DNA of 64,000 nt from the IMG/VR virus record IMGVR_UViG_3300034407_002805. One strand, 5' to 3'. A model generated the notes under the pieces. It saw nothing but the letters and a program-made list of their open reading frames with translations. It was not told where the DNA came from and made no database searches. A program made the translations under genes and the position numbers. This stretch comes from an uncultured virus (IMG/VR IMGVR_UViG_3300034407_002805) (taxonomy: Duplodnaviria; Heunggongvirae; Uroviricota; Caudoviricetes). Position 1 is the first letter of the stretch, and each line of letters starts with the position of its first letter. Below are positions 18,603 to 29,169 of the stretch, in pieces.

Positions 18603-20441
18603 ATGGCAACACAAATTAAATCATCCGACCTTGACTTTACAAACATTAAAAACAACTTAAAGAACTTCTTTAAGAACAAGAGTGAGTTTTCAGATTACGA
18701 TTTCGAAGCTTCAGGTTTATCTAATATTCTAGACGTACTAGCTTATAACAGTCATATAAATGGATTAACTGCAAACTTTTCTCTCAATGAAGCTTTTCTA
18801 ACAACTGCTCAACTTAGAAGTTCTGTTGTATCACATGCACAAACTCTAGGCTACGAAGTATATTCTAGAAAAGCAGCGTCAGCTACAGTTAATTTAAATG
18901 TCAATTTAGCAGGTGTCACTGGTCGACCTGCAAGATTGCAACTAGCAAAAGGTACTCAGTTCACAAGTTCAATTGACGGTGTGACTTACACGTTTAGAAC
19001 ACGTGAAAGCTTTTTTGCAAAAGATGATGGCACGGGTTTATACGTATTTAAAACAACTGATGATTCAGAAAACTTACCGATAGTAGAAGGCACTGAAAAA
19101 ACTAAAACATTTTTTGTGCCAGAAAAAACTGAAAGACAAGTGTACGTAATACCTGATGAAACGATCGATACATCTACTGCAGAAGTAAATGTATTTGAAT
19201 CTGCAAGCTCATCATCATTTACATCATACACACCTATCAGTCAAGCAATTTCAGTTGATGAAAACTCAACACACTTCGCTTTGAATGAAGCACCAAATGG
19301 TTTTTATGAATTAAACTTCGGCGATGGAATTTCATTTGGCAAATCACCGGAACCAGGTGAAAAAGTTGTAGTAACATACTTGTCAAGTAAAGGAGCTGAC
19401 GCTAATAACGGTACTGTGTTCACACCATCTTCAGATGTCACCGTGAATGGTGTAGACTATACTTTAAGCGTTGTGACAGTAACAGAATCTACAGGCGGGG
19501 CAGCAAAACAATCTATAGAATCTATTAAACAGTTAGCACCTATTGCTTTTGCTGGCCAAAAAAGATTGGTTACATCATTTGATTATAAAGCGATGGTTGA
19601 GTCTAACTTTCCACAAGTAGAAAGTGCATCAGTCTGGAGTGGTGATCAGAACGAGCCTTTAGATTATGGGGCTGTTTATATATCGTTACAGTTTCAAGAT
19701 AATACCAGTGATGCAGTAAAGCAATCTGTAAAAGATTTAATAAAATCGAACTACACAAATAATTTGTCTGTAATGTCAATGACTACTAAGTTTACAGATC
19801 CAGAAGACGTGTTCTTACAGTTAGATACAAGATTTGCTTATGATCCTGGCCGCACTGGTATTACATTGCTTTCTGCTGAAGAAAGAGTGTTTAACTTAAT
19901 GAAGTCTTTCTTTAAAGCTAACGTTTCTACGTTTGGTGGTATCTTTAGAAAATCTAACTTATTAACTGAAATAGATGCACTAGATGATTCGATTCTTTCG
20001 AGTACTATCAACGTTAGCGTGCAAATGCGACCTACAATCACTATTAATACATTGAATACGTTAGACGTTAATTTCCCTACAAGTATTGCAGTACCAGATG
20101 ACGTATTCTTTAGAGTACAAAGTGATGCATTTGAATTTAATAGTTTAATATGTACTATTAAAAATCGTTTAGGATCTACGATATTAGAAATTGTAGACTT
20201 AGATGGAAACGTATTATTAGATAACGTAGGTGAGTACAACTCATTATCTGGTAAAGTGAGTTTAGTAGGTTTTAGACCTACACAGCTTATATCTGGTCAG
20301 ACATTTTTACCTATCAGAGTAACGCCTAGAAGTGAAGGTACTATTAAACCTTTAAGGAATTATATACTGCAACTAGATACTGCAAGATCTTCTGCGACAG
20401 CAGAGATTGATAGACAAACACAATCATTATCAGTGACGTAA
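18603..20441 (+). CDS. g6: baseplate wedge gp6
   Basis: LDFTNIK..L, FSDYDFEASGLS.ILDVLAYN, FGDG and Q.RLVT..DY. Confidence 0.93.
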   Translation: MATQIKSSDLDFTNIKNNLKNFFKNKSEFSDYDFEASGLSNILDVLAYNSHINGLTANFSLNEAFLTTAQLRSSVVSHAQTLGYEVYSRKAASATVNLNVNLAGVTGRPARLQLAKGTQFTSSIDGVTYTFRTRESFFAKDDGTGLYVFKTTDDSENLPIVEGTEKTKTFFVPEKTERQVYVIPDETIDTSTAEVNVFESASSSSFTSYTPISQAISVDENSTHFALNEAPNGFYELNFGDGISFGKSPEPGEKVVVTYLSSKGADANNGTVFTPSSDVTVNGVDYTLSVVTVTESTGGAAKQSIESIKQLAPIAFAGQKRLVTSFDYKAMVESNFPQVESASVWSGDQNEPLDYGAVYISLQFQDNTSDAVKQSVKDLIKSNYTNNLSVMSMTTKFTDPEDVFLQLDTRFAYDPGRTGITLLSAEERVFNLMKSFFKANVSTFGGIFRKSNLLTEIDALDDSILSSTINVSVQMRPTITINTLNTLDVNFPTSIAVPDDVFFRVQSDAFEFNSLICTIKNRLGSTILEIVDLDGNVLLDNVGEYNSLSGKVSLVGFRPTQLISGQTFLPIRVTPRSEGTIKPLRNYILQLDTARSSATAEIDRQTQSLSVT

Positions 20442-21416
20442 ATGGCTACCTTTGAAACATTAAAAGATTACGACCGACTAGCGTCGAGTTATAAAGTCAG
20501 TTTAGTACGACAGGTACTACCTGAATACTTTACAACATCATACCCCAATCTCGTAACATTTCTTGAAGCATACTATGAACACTTGGATTCTGATGAAAAC
20601 TTTGGTGGCATAGTAAACGAGATACTCACAATACGTGATGTTGAAGATGTTACACTTAAAAGACTTGATTTTGTACTCGATGAAATTGCACTAGGTGTAT
20701 CACACACACAGTTTACCTTTCCCAGAGAAGCACTAAGAAACTTTGGTAACTTCTTTCGTGTAAAGGGTTCTTTATATTCAGCAGAAGGTTTTTTTAGAGC
20801 TTTCTTTGGCGTAACTAACGTTGAAATAACATATCCAAAAAATAGTCTGTTAAGAGTTGGTGACTTAACGCAAGGTAAGATTGGCCCAGAAGACGCGTTT
20901 GTTTTACAAGACGGCAGAATATTTCAAATCTTTTCGGTGTTAATTAAATCACCACTATCACTAAATGATTGGGAAATACTTTATAGAAATTTTGTACACC
21001 CATCGGGTTTTTTCTTAGGTGCAGAAGTTGAGGTTATAACCGAAGGCCAAGTTACAATCATAACAGCTGAATCAATTACTGATCCTGATCCAAGAATTAA
21101 AGTTATTGAAGCTGCATCATTTAATATGAGTGGTGATAGAGAAGTATCGATATTGGTAGCTGATGACCAAGATGCAGATTCAGCTCAACAAAGGTACAAC
21201 CCATATCGTACTACAAATTTCTTTGGTGGAAGAGGTGTCAGCTTGTTGTTCTTGGCTAAGATATATAGTAACTTAGATGAGTTAGCCGGCTATGGTATAT
21301 CGTTTGATGATGCAGGTACAGCACTTGGAAGTGGTATTACATTTGACAATACGTTCGATACATTCGATCAGAGAGAATTCAAAAGATATTCAAATTCAAT
21401 GGTAAGTTCGGTATAA
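20442..21416 (+). CDS. g7: baseplate wedge gp7 (short form)
   Basis: LPEYF...YP..VTFLEAYYE, FFRVKGS and VHPSGF; follows g6. Confidence 0.7.
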   Translation: MATFETLKDYDRLASSYKVSLVRQVLPEYFTTSYPNLVTFLEAYYEHLDSDENFGGIVNEILTIRDVEDVTLKRLDFVLDEIALGVSHTQFTFPREALRNFGNFFRVKGSLYSAEGFFRAFFGVTNVEITYPKNSLLRVGDLTQGKIGPEDAFVLQDGRIFQIFSVLIKSPLSLNDWEILYRNFVHPSGFFLGAEVEVITEGQVTIITAESITDPDPRIKVIEAASFNMSGDREVSILVADDQDADSAQQRYNPYRTTNFFGGRGVSLLFLAKIYSNLDELAGYGISFDDAGTALGSGITFDNTFDTFDQREFKRYSNSMVSSV

Positions 21417-21419
21417 ATA
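21412..21419 (+). promoter_or_regulatory. late promoter TATAAATA
   Basis: Exact consensus upstream of 21446. Confidence 0.7.
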
Positions 21420-21445
21420 ATAACAATTAATGTGTAGGATTTAAG

Positions 21446-22324
21446 ATGGCTAAACAAGTAATTGGTGTCGGCAGTAGTGGTAATGACGGAACCGGTGATG
21501 ATCTGCGTACTGCTGGTGGCAAAATAAATGATAACTTTACTGAATTATACACTGATGTTGCAGCTTTACAAGTAGCGACAGGTGGTGCATCGTCAAATCT
21601 TGGTGTAGGTTTTGACAGCAATTCTATTGTATTTGAAGGTGCAACTGCCGATTCTTTTGAGACTACATTTACAATTACAGATCCTACTAAAGATAACACG
21701 ATAACACTACCTGATTCTACAGGCACCGTTCTGCTTGACACTACCATTGGTGGAAGCATTGCAAATTCAATCAACGGTATCGTAGACTCAAACTATATAG
21801 CATTAAGAAGTGGTATTGCACAAGATTCATCACAGACTCTTTTAATTGTACGGGCAAATTCGATTGACTCTGGTCTTGCAACTGCATTGATTGATTCGGC
21901 TTATGTAACAGCAAGAGTTAACACTTCTACTTTAGACTCGGCAGAAGTACAAAGGATGATCGATTCGAACGGTGGTTTAGATTCGTCTGAAGTACAGAAG
22001 ATGATCGATTCAAATCGTGGCTTAGACTCAGCCGAAGTAACTACGATAGTAGATTCAGATTATGTAAGACTGAAACAGTTAAGCAACTTTAATTACGTTG
22101 ACTCTGGAGCAGTTACAACGCTTGTAGATTCAGATTATATTTTAACAAGAGCTACACAGGTAAATTTGAATGCTTTTACTGTAGCTAATAAACCAAACAA
22201 CCCAGATCATGGTACACTGATATTTGTTAGAAATGGAGCATCAGGTAACCCGTGTTTAGCTGTGTTTGATAGTGCTTCAGGTAATTTCCTCAGGATCGCG
22301 CTTGGTGCAGCAGTAAGTACTTAA
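21446..22324 (+). CDS. gp9/gp10-like baseplate-fibre connector with DS repeats
   Basis: IGVG...NDGTGDDLRTAGGKINDNFTELY N-terminal signature; 16 DS. Confidence 0.8.
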   Translation: MAKQVIGVGSSGNDGTGDDLRTAGGKINDNFTELYTDVAALQVATGGASSNLGVGFDSNSIVFEGATADSFETTFTITDPTKDNTITLPDSTGTVLLDTTIGGSIANSINGIVDSNYIALRSGIAQDSSQTLLIVRANSIDSGLATALIDSAYVTARVNTSTLDSAEVQRMIDSNGGLDSSEVQKMIDSNRGLDSAEVTTIVDSDYVRLKQLSNFNYVDSGAVTTLVDSDYILTRATQVNLNAFTVANKPNNPDHGTLIFVRNGASGNPCLAVFDSASGNFLRIALGAAVST

Positions 22325-22336
22325 TAGGATAAGATA

Positions 22337-23689
22337 ATGCCAGCAATAGTAACAGACGCCTTACGAAGACAAATAGCACAGGACTTCTTTGATCAGTTTA
22401 CCGCTGATACGAGAAAGTACTATATTGGTATTGGTCGATCAGAGCAATGGGATTCATCCGAAACAGTACCAACACCTACTAACTCACCGCAGGGTATTCA
22501 AGCATTTCGAAATGCATTACAAGGTATCAAGAAAGTTGAAGCAACATCACTTGTTGTGCCAAGAAACAACTGGGCGTCAGGTGTTATTTACTCACAGTTT
22601 GATGACCAACAAGCAGGTTATCCTGCAAGTCCTTACTATGTTAAAAACGAAGCCAATCAAGTATATGTATGTTTAGAAGTTGGAAGAAACGCTGCTGGTA
22701 CAGCTGTTCCTTCTACAAGTGAACCAACTCATTCAAATAACGATGCAAGGCGATTAGCAGACGGTTATGTTTGGAAATTTTTATATACAATAAGTGCGGC
22801 TAGCGCTAACAGCTTTATGTCTTCGAATTTTATGCCAGTTCAGGTGCAAGGTGCAACAGATTCTAATTCAACTGGAATACAATTAAAACAAGAAGAAGTA
22901 CAGAACAACGCAAAACTTGGAGAAATTCTTAACTTAGTGATCACTGACGGAGGGGCTGGTTATACGTCACTTCCTACAGTTACCATCACTGGTACGGGAT
23001 CAAACGCTAGTTTTTTACCTACAATCGATTCAGCAACTGGAAGACTTGTTAGATTAAGAGCTGAGGATTCAAGTAATGGTGACGTAAAAGGGTTTGGAAC
23101 AGGATACACAAGGGCTGTTGTATCAATTACGGGTGGAGGTGCATCACAGAATGCTACTGCACGGCCAGTGCTTGGGCCAGACTCAGGCATCGGTAAAGAT
23201 CCAAGAGAAGACTTGCGGTCTACGTCAGTAATGTTCCATGCAGATTTACTTGGCACTGATTCAGACTTGATTGTAAACCAAGACTTTAGACAAGTAGGAC
23301 TAGTAAGGGATCCTCGCACTTCTACAGGCGCAGCTTTCTTAGCGACTACTGGTAATTCACTAAAGAGCATGACGTTATCAAGTATTGTAACGGGATTCAC
23401 AGCCGATAAAACTATTCAAGGTTCAACCACAGCGGCGAAAGCAATTGTAGATGAAATTGATTCGAATCAAATATTCTATCATCAAAACGATGATACTGGA
23501 TTCTTATCTTTCCAAGACGGTGAGCTTGTAACTGAAACAAATGGTTCAGGTGATGGTGTGATCGATTCTGCCCTTAGGTCGCCTGAAGTTGATCCTGAAA
23601 CTGGTGCGATACTCTATATAGATAACAGAAAACCTGTAAGTCGAGCGCTGGCACAAAATGAAGACATTAAAGTTGTCGTACAATTCTAA
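22337..23689 (+). CDS. g8: baseplate wedge gp8
   Basis: YIGIGR...W, VYVCL, DGYVWKFLY, DFRQVGL and YIDNRKPVSR...Q.EDIKVVVQF. Confidence 0.9.
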   Translation: MPAIVTDALRRQIAQDFFDQFTADTRKYYIGIGRSEQWDSSETVPTPTNSPQGIQAFRNALQGIKKVEATSLVVPRNNWASGVIYSQFDDQQAGYPASPYYVKNEANQVYVCLEVGRNAAGTAVPSTSEPTHSNNDARRLADGYVWKFLYTISAASANSFMSSNFMPVQVQGATDSNSTGIQLKQEEVQNNAKLGEILNLVITDGGAGYTSLPTVTITGTGSNASFLPTIDSATGRLVRLRAEDSSNGDVKGFGTGYTRAVVSITGGGASQNATARPVLGPDSGIGKDPREDLRSTSVMFHADLLGTDSDLIVNQDFRQVGLVRDPRTSTGAAFLATTGNSLKSMTLSSIVTGFTADKTIQGSTTAAKAIVDEIDSNQIFYHQNDDTGFLSFQDGELVTETNGSGDGVIDSALRSPEVDPETGAILYIDNRKPVSRALAQNEDIKVVVQF

Positions 23690-23700
23690 GGAAATAAAGA

Positions 23701-26700
23701 ATGGCTACTACTCTTAGTTCAACCCTCATACCCTCGAAGTACAAAGACGACTTTAGAGATAGTGACGGTTATTATCGAATCTTATTCAATAGTGGTAGAG
23801 TGCTGCAAGCACGCGAGCTTACTCAAATACAAACTATACTACAAGAACAAATTAAAAGATTTGGCGGTAATATATTTCAAGAAGGTGGTGTTGTAAAACC
23901 AGGCACCACACAAATTAACACAGCATATGAATTTGTAAAACTCAATACAACATCTCTTGCTTTACCTACCACTACTTCTACATTGTTAGGTACTACGTTT
24001 ACTGGTTCAACGAGTGGTGTTACTGCTCGCGTAATTGAAGTTGTAGAAGCAACAGGTTCAGACCCAGCCACACTGTATGTAGCGTATACGAATTCTCCTG
24101 CAAGTGTGTCAGGATTAAACGCAGTTAGGTTTACAGCAGGCGAAAATATCACCAATGGTTCAACTACACTCGCTGTGCAAACTACAAATACTGATGCAAA
24201 TCCTGCAACTGGAAGAGGAACTCGATTTACAGTTGACAGTGGACTATATTTTATCAAAGGATTTTTTGTATTTACTTTACCGCAAGCCGTCATAGTATCA
24301 AAATACAGCGATGCACCTACCGAAACTGTAGGATTTAAAATTATAGAAGATGTTGTTGGTGTAGATGATGACGCTGACTTATACGATAATCAGGGCGCAG
24401 TGCCAAATACATCAGCTCCAGGTGCTGATAGATTTCGTATTACACTAACTCTTACGAATGAAACAGACTTAGAAGCATCTGACAACTTCGTACCTCTCGT
24501 AAATATTAATGAAGGTATAGTTGTATCAACTAGAAATCAAACGAATTCATACAATGTTGTAAGAGATTTTGTTGCAACAAGAATTAAAGAAAATTCTGGT
24601 GATTACCTAGTAAAACCTTTTAGATTACGATTTGAATTAGATTCTGATAAAGATAACCTTCTAATGAAAATTAGTGACGGTATCGCAGTGGTTGATGGAT
24701 ATAGGTCTAGAGTTTTAGCTCCTTTAACTACAAGGATTACAAAGCCTTCTACAACCGTAGAAATTGAGAATGAAGTAACACCAGCAGCTTATGGAAACTT
24801 CGTAACAGTTAACGTTGATTCCATTGGTGCGGCCGCAGGTTTATCAGGCAACACTAAAGGTTTGCCAGATATTGATCGATTCCAGAAACTTGCGCTTATG
24901 AATGGTGCAGATTTTGGTGGAGACTCGATCGGCACATGTCGCGTTAAAGCAGTACATAGAGAAGCAAGCAGTAGTCTAAGATATTATCTCATGGATATAC
25001 AAATGAATACTGGTCAGAACTTTAGAAATACTGTCAGTATTGGTAACTCTGCTACATCTTATTTTAATTTATTTAGACCTAATAACAAAGCGGTATTGTT
25101 TGAACCTGAAAAAAATATATCGATATATGAAATTCCTAGAATCAGACCACAAGCGCTTGATGATATATCACTTCAAACGCAAAGGAGATTTTCATTTAAC
25201 ACTGATGGTGCTGGCGCAGGTTCACTTTCACTTACCGCGGCCGGCGAAACATTTGCTAATGTTAATGACTGGATTTTTGCAAAAAGTGATAGTGCAGTGT
25301 GGCAGCATCCAATTAGCGTTACCGGTACAGGTACAAATGCGGCCGCAATTACTGGAGCCCCAGCTAGTGTAACTGGCATGGAAGTTCTCGCTTTTGTAAA
25401 TAAAGCGACAGGTATTATTAGAAGTAAAACACTAGTTGAAGAAACACAACTCTTACAAGATATCAATGGGGTGATTAGTTTAGCTAAAGCTGACATATTC
25501 AGATTAGTGAGAGTAAGAGAAGCTGATTCAGATGGCATTGATCTTTTAAGTAGGTATGAATTAGATAACGGTCAAAGAGATAACTTCTATGGTTTAGGCA
25601 GGCTAATACGTAAAGAGGGATACTCAGCTCCTAATGATCCAGTACACGTAAGATACAAGTACTTCCAGCATGGTGCGGGTGATGGTGACTTCTTTGCAGT
25701 TAATTCATACACAGGTCAAGTTGACTATGATGAAATTCCATCATATCGTGATGGGATGGGTAACATCTTAGAGTTAAGAGACTGCTTAGATTTTAGATCA
25801 GTAATGGATTCTGCAGGCGAATTTACACAGTCTGTAAAAGGTGCACGTGTTCATGAACACCCACAAATAAATGACACAGTACAAGCAGATATTAATTATT
25901 ATCTTCCTCAAGCAGCTGTTGTATCAATTACCAGGGACGGAAGAACCTCATTTAATAGAGGCACCCCAAGTTTCATTCCTCAATTCCCTGAAGTAGAAAT
26001 AGGTTCTTTGCCCTTATACAGAATTGTATTCAACGGCAACACTCTAAATGATTCTGATTTATCAATGGAGAAGCTAGATCATAAACGCTACACTATGCGT
26101 GATATAGCGCAAGTCGAGAAAAGAATTGATAAGCTCGAAGAAGTGACAGCATTGAGTTTACTTGAAATTGACACTAAAAACTTTGAGGTCTTAGATTCAG
26201 CTGGGCTGAATAGAACTAAATCAGGTTTCTTTGTCGACAACTTCTCTACACAAGAATTTTCTGATACGAAACAACCTGATTATCGCGCATCAGTCGATCC
26301 TCAAGTCAATTTGTTGACAACAGCATTTAACGAGGACAATATACGATTAATTTTTGATTCTGCCAACTCAAGTAACGTTGTTAGAAGAGGTGACAACTTA
26401 TATTTAGATTACGAAGAAGTATCTTATAAGAAACAAACTCAAGCATCTAGATCTCAAAAGATCAATCCGTTTGAAGTTGTGATATATCATGGTGATGTTG
26501 ATATATCGCCTGCTTCTGACGAGTGGAGAGAAACAAAAGTTAGAACAAAGAAAGTTATCGACGGCGGAATTAAACTTGATACTACACAAGCTTATTTGTG
26601 GAATAACTGGCAGTGGAACTGGGGTGGAACTAAGATTGAAGACTTGTCAGTAGGTAGCACTACAAATAAAAAAGTTGAAAATCAAACACTTCACATTATA

Positions 26701-27342
26701 ACTAATGTTAATAAAGTTGTGTCTGACGAAATAGTAGAAGATATGATTAGTCAAACAGTAGTTCATGTTGCTTTACTACCATTCTGCAGATCACGTAAAG
26801 TTTACTTTAGAGCTAATGGTTTAAGACCTAACTCTACTGTATATTGTTTCTTCGATGGCGTCAACGTTGCTAACTTTGTGAGAGAAGAAACATTTAAACG
26901 AATTTCAGAAGATCCAGTTGATTTTGGTAACATACATAACAATATCGTTTCACACCCTGAATCATCGTCTGCAATCACAAGTGATGCTGACGGACATGTT
27001 GAAGGATCGTTCTTTATACCTAATACTAATCAAATTAGGTTTAGAACTGGTACTGTAGAATTTAAGATTTTAGATATTTCAGCTGACCAAGAAAGTAAAT
27101 CTACAACTGTAGCACGTGCACTTTACGCTGCAACTGGATTTTTAGACACAGTAGATCAAGAATGGAAGTCTACAAGAGTTATAGGAATTCAACATTCTAG
27201 AAGTGTACAGCATAAGCCTCAACCTCAGAATCGGGGTGGCGATGGCCGAGATCATGGTACCGGTAGAAGCACATCATTCGGTGGAGGCGGTGGCACTCCT
27301 GGACTAGGTGGATCACAGAATTCTGCGAGTGGTTTCAAATGA
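23701..27342 (+). CDS. large virion structural protein (DUF4815/VrlC-like), N-terminal part
   Basis: Y.DDF...YYRILF..GRVLQARELTQIQTILQ, APGADR and KSGFFVDNF. Confidence 0.8.
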   Translation: MATTLSSTLIPSKYKDDFRDSDGYYRILFNSGRVLQARELTQIQTILQEQIKRFGGNIFQEGGVVKPGTTQINTAYEFVKLNTTSLALPTTTSTLLGTTFTGSTSGVTARVIEVVEATGSDPATLYVAYTNSPASVSGLNAVRFTAGENITNGSTTLAVQTTNTDANPATGRGTRFTVDSGLYFIKGFFVFTLPQAVIVSKYSDAPTETVGFKIIEDVVGVDDDADLYDNQGAVPNTSAPGADRFRITLTLTNETDLEASDNFVPLVNINEGIVVSTRNQTNSYNVVRDFVATRIKENSGDYLVKPFRLRFELDSDKDNLLMKISDGIAVVDGYRSRVLAPLTTRITKPSTTVEIENEVTPAAYGNFVTVNVDSIGAAAGLSGNTKGLPDIDRFQKLALMNGADFGGDSIGTCRVKAVHREASSSLRYYLMDIQMNTGQNFRNTVSIGNSATSYFNLFRPNNKAVLFEPEKNISIYEIPRIRPQALDDISLQTQRRFSFNTDGAGAGSLSLTAAGETFANVNDWIFAKSDSAVWQHPISVTGTGTNAAAITGAPASVTGMEVLAFVNKATGIIRSKTLVEETQLLQDINGVISLAKADIFRLVRVREADSDGIDLLSRYELDNGQRDNFYGLGRLIRKEGYSAPNDPVHVRYKYFQHGAGDGDFFAVNSYTGQVDYDEIPSYRDGMGNILELRDCLDFRSVMDSAGEFTQSVKGARVHEHPQINDTVQADINYYLPQAAVVSITRDGRTSFNRGTPSFIPQFPEVEIGSLPLYRIVFNGNTLNDSDLSMEKLDHKRYTMRDIAQVEKRIDKLEEVTALSLLEIDTKNFEVLDSAGLNRTKSGFFVDNFSTQEFSDTKQPDYRASVDPQVNLLTTAFNEDNIRLIFDSANSSNVVRRGDNLYLDYEEVSYKKQTQASRSQKINPFEVVIYHGDVDISPASDEWRETKVRTKKVIDGGIKLDTTQAYLWNNWQWNWGGTKIEDLSVGSTTNKKVENQTLHIITNVNKVVSDEIVEDMISQTVVHVALLPFCRSRKVYFRANGLRPNSTVYCFFDGVNVANFVREETFKRISEDPVDFGNIHNNIVSHPESSSAITSDADGHVEGSFFIPNTNQIRFRTGTVEFKILDISADQESKSTTVARALYAATGFLDTVDQEWKSTRVIGIQHSRSVQHKPQPQNRGGDGRDHGTGRSTSFGGGGGTPGLGGSQNSASGFK

Positions 27343-27376
27343 TAACATGCATAGACATAAAATATAGGAAATAAGA

Positions 27377-28951
27377 ATGGGAACTTCACTAGGTTATCAA
27401 ATAGATAGACATCCAATAGCGCAGTCTTTCTATATTGAAGAAGACACAGGTTGCTTTATTACTAAAGTAGATTTATACTTTAAGAGTAAAGCTACTAGCG
27501 ATCCTGTATGTATGCAGATAAGACCTATGGTAGATGGCTTTCCTTCAACTAGCGTTGTGCTGCCCAGTTCAACTGTATACGTTAACGGCAGTTCAGTAAA
27601 TGTATCAGATTTAGCAACTACACCTACCAGTTTTGTTTTTGAAGAACCATTGTATTTGAAAGGTAACCGTGATTACGCAATCGTAGTTATTACTAACTCA
27701 CCTGATTATGAAATATTTATTGCACAAATTGACGAATTTGAAGTAGGAACAACAGCAGGCAGAGTTGCTAAAAATCCTGCCTTAGGTACACTATTCTATT
27801 CTCAAAACGGTGGAACTTTTACTCCATCTCAAGAACAAGACTTGACTTTTGAAATATATAGAGCAAAATTTGATATATCTAATACAGGTGCAGCTATTTT
27901 ACAAAATGCTGAATTACCTTTGAAACTTTTAGATTTAGACCCGATTACAGTTACTAAGGGAAGTAATTCAGTACAAGTATTCGATCCAGGCCATGGCTTT
28001 GTTGTGAATGATCCAGTGCGCGTTGAAGGTGTGGATTCTGCGACTAATATCGGTGGCATAACAGGTCCAAACATTTTAGGTCCAAGGACAGTTACAGCAG
28101 TTGATTGGAGTGGATTTACATTCAACGCTGGTGCTTCTGCAGACAGTGATGGCATCGGCGGCGGCCTTAATGTAAAAGTGACTAAAAATATACCTTTCTC
28201 CGTTTACTTTAAAAATTCTCAGTTATTAAATCCACCTGAAACTGGAGTGGCCTCTGCTGTAAAAATGACTACTGGCAAATCATTTGCTGGTACAGAAACA
28301 CCATATCAAAAATCAAATAACTTTCATCACTCAAGACCGAATGTAACTCTATATACTGGAAAAGCACACGTTGTAGCAAACACTAACATTGAAACTTCTG
28401 AACTTGGTTCAAATATAAAATCTTTCGAAGCACAGTATGAATTTAGTTCATTTAGTGACTTTGTATCACCAATGTTAGATATGCAAAGATCCTCTGTAAC
28501 TCTTGTTGATGCGTTGATAGATAAACAAGATTCAATTGCTTCAACAGGATTTAATGCTCCTATCACATATGTTGATGAAACAGCCGCGCGTGGTGGTTCA
28601 GCAGCCACTAAACATATTACAAAAGCTGTTACTTTAATTAGTCCTGCAGTTGGATTGAAAATAGAGTTTGCCGCGCACAGACCTCCGGGTTGCGATTTCC
28701 AAGTTTATTTTAGAACTGCAACTGCAGACCAAAATATCGAAGACCAAGGATATACGTTAACACCAGAAATAACTAATAATCCAACTGATGAAAACATTCT
28801 AATATTTAGAGACTACAAGTTCTTACCAGGCGGTGATGGTGGACAGCTAGCTGAATTTACTAAGTTCCAAGTTAAAATAGTTATGAGATCAACTAATAAG
28901 GCAAAGCAGCCATTTATTAAAGATTTGAGAGTTATAGCATTGAGTGTATAA
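27377..28951 (+). CDS. virion structural protein (C-terminal part of the DUF4815/VrlC-like family)
   Basis: PIAQSF, FITKVDLYF, LFYSQNG.T.T..Q.QDLTF and IKDLRVIAL. Confidence 0.75.
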   Translation: MGTSLGYQIDRHPIAQSFYIEEDTGCFITKVDLYFKSKATSDPVCMQIRPMVDGFPSTSVVLPSSTVYVNGSSVNVSDLATTPTSFVFEEPLYLKGNRDYAIVVITNSPDYEIFIAQIDEFEVGTTAGRVAKNPALGTLFYSQNGGTFTPSQEQDLTFEIYRAKFDISNTGAAILQNAELPLKLLDLDPITVTKGSNSVQVFDPGHGFVVNDPVRVEGVDSATNIGGITGPNILGPRTVTAVDWSGFTFNAGASADSDGIGGGLNVKVTKNIPFSVYFKNSQLLNPPETGVASAVKMTTGKSFAGTETPYQKSNNFHHSRPNVTLYTGKAHVVANTNIETSELGSNIKSFEAQYEFSSFSDFVSPMLDMQRSSVTLVDALIDKQDSIASTGFNAPITYVDETAARGGSAATKHITKAVTLISPAVGLKIEFAAHRPPGCDFQVYFRTATADQNIEDQGYTLTPEITNNPTDENILIFRDYKFLPGGDGGQLAEFTKFQVKIVMRSTNKAKQPFIKDLRVIALSV

Positions 28952-29169
28952 TGAAACATATTAAAGTTGATGGTGAGTCTCACTTAGTTAGAAATGAAAA
29001 CGGTGTTATATTAAGTAATGATATCAGTGCTGTCGAGCAAGCTAGGTTAAGAAAAAAATTAAGAAAAGAAAAAGACGCAGAACTTGAAACACTTAAGCAG
29101 GATGTCAATGATATAAAGTTACTGCTAAATCAAATTGTAGGTAAACTCGATGGCACGAATAGCAGATAG
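28951..29169 (+). CDS. small coiled-coil hypothetical protein
   Basis: 72 aa; C-terminal heptads LKQDVNDIKLLL. Confidence 0.75.
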   Translation: MKHIKVDGESHLVRNENGVILSNDISAVEQARLRKKLRKEKDAELETLKQDVNDIKLLLNQIVGKLDGTNSR

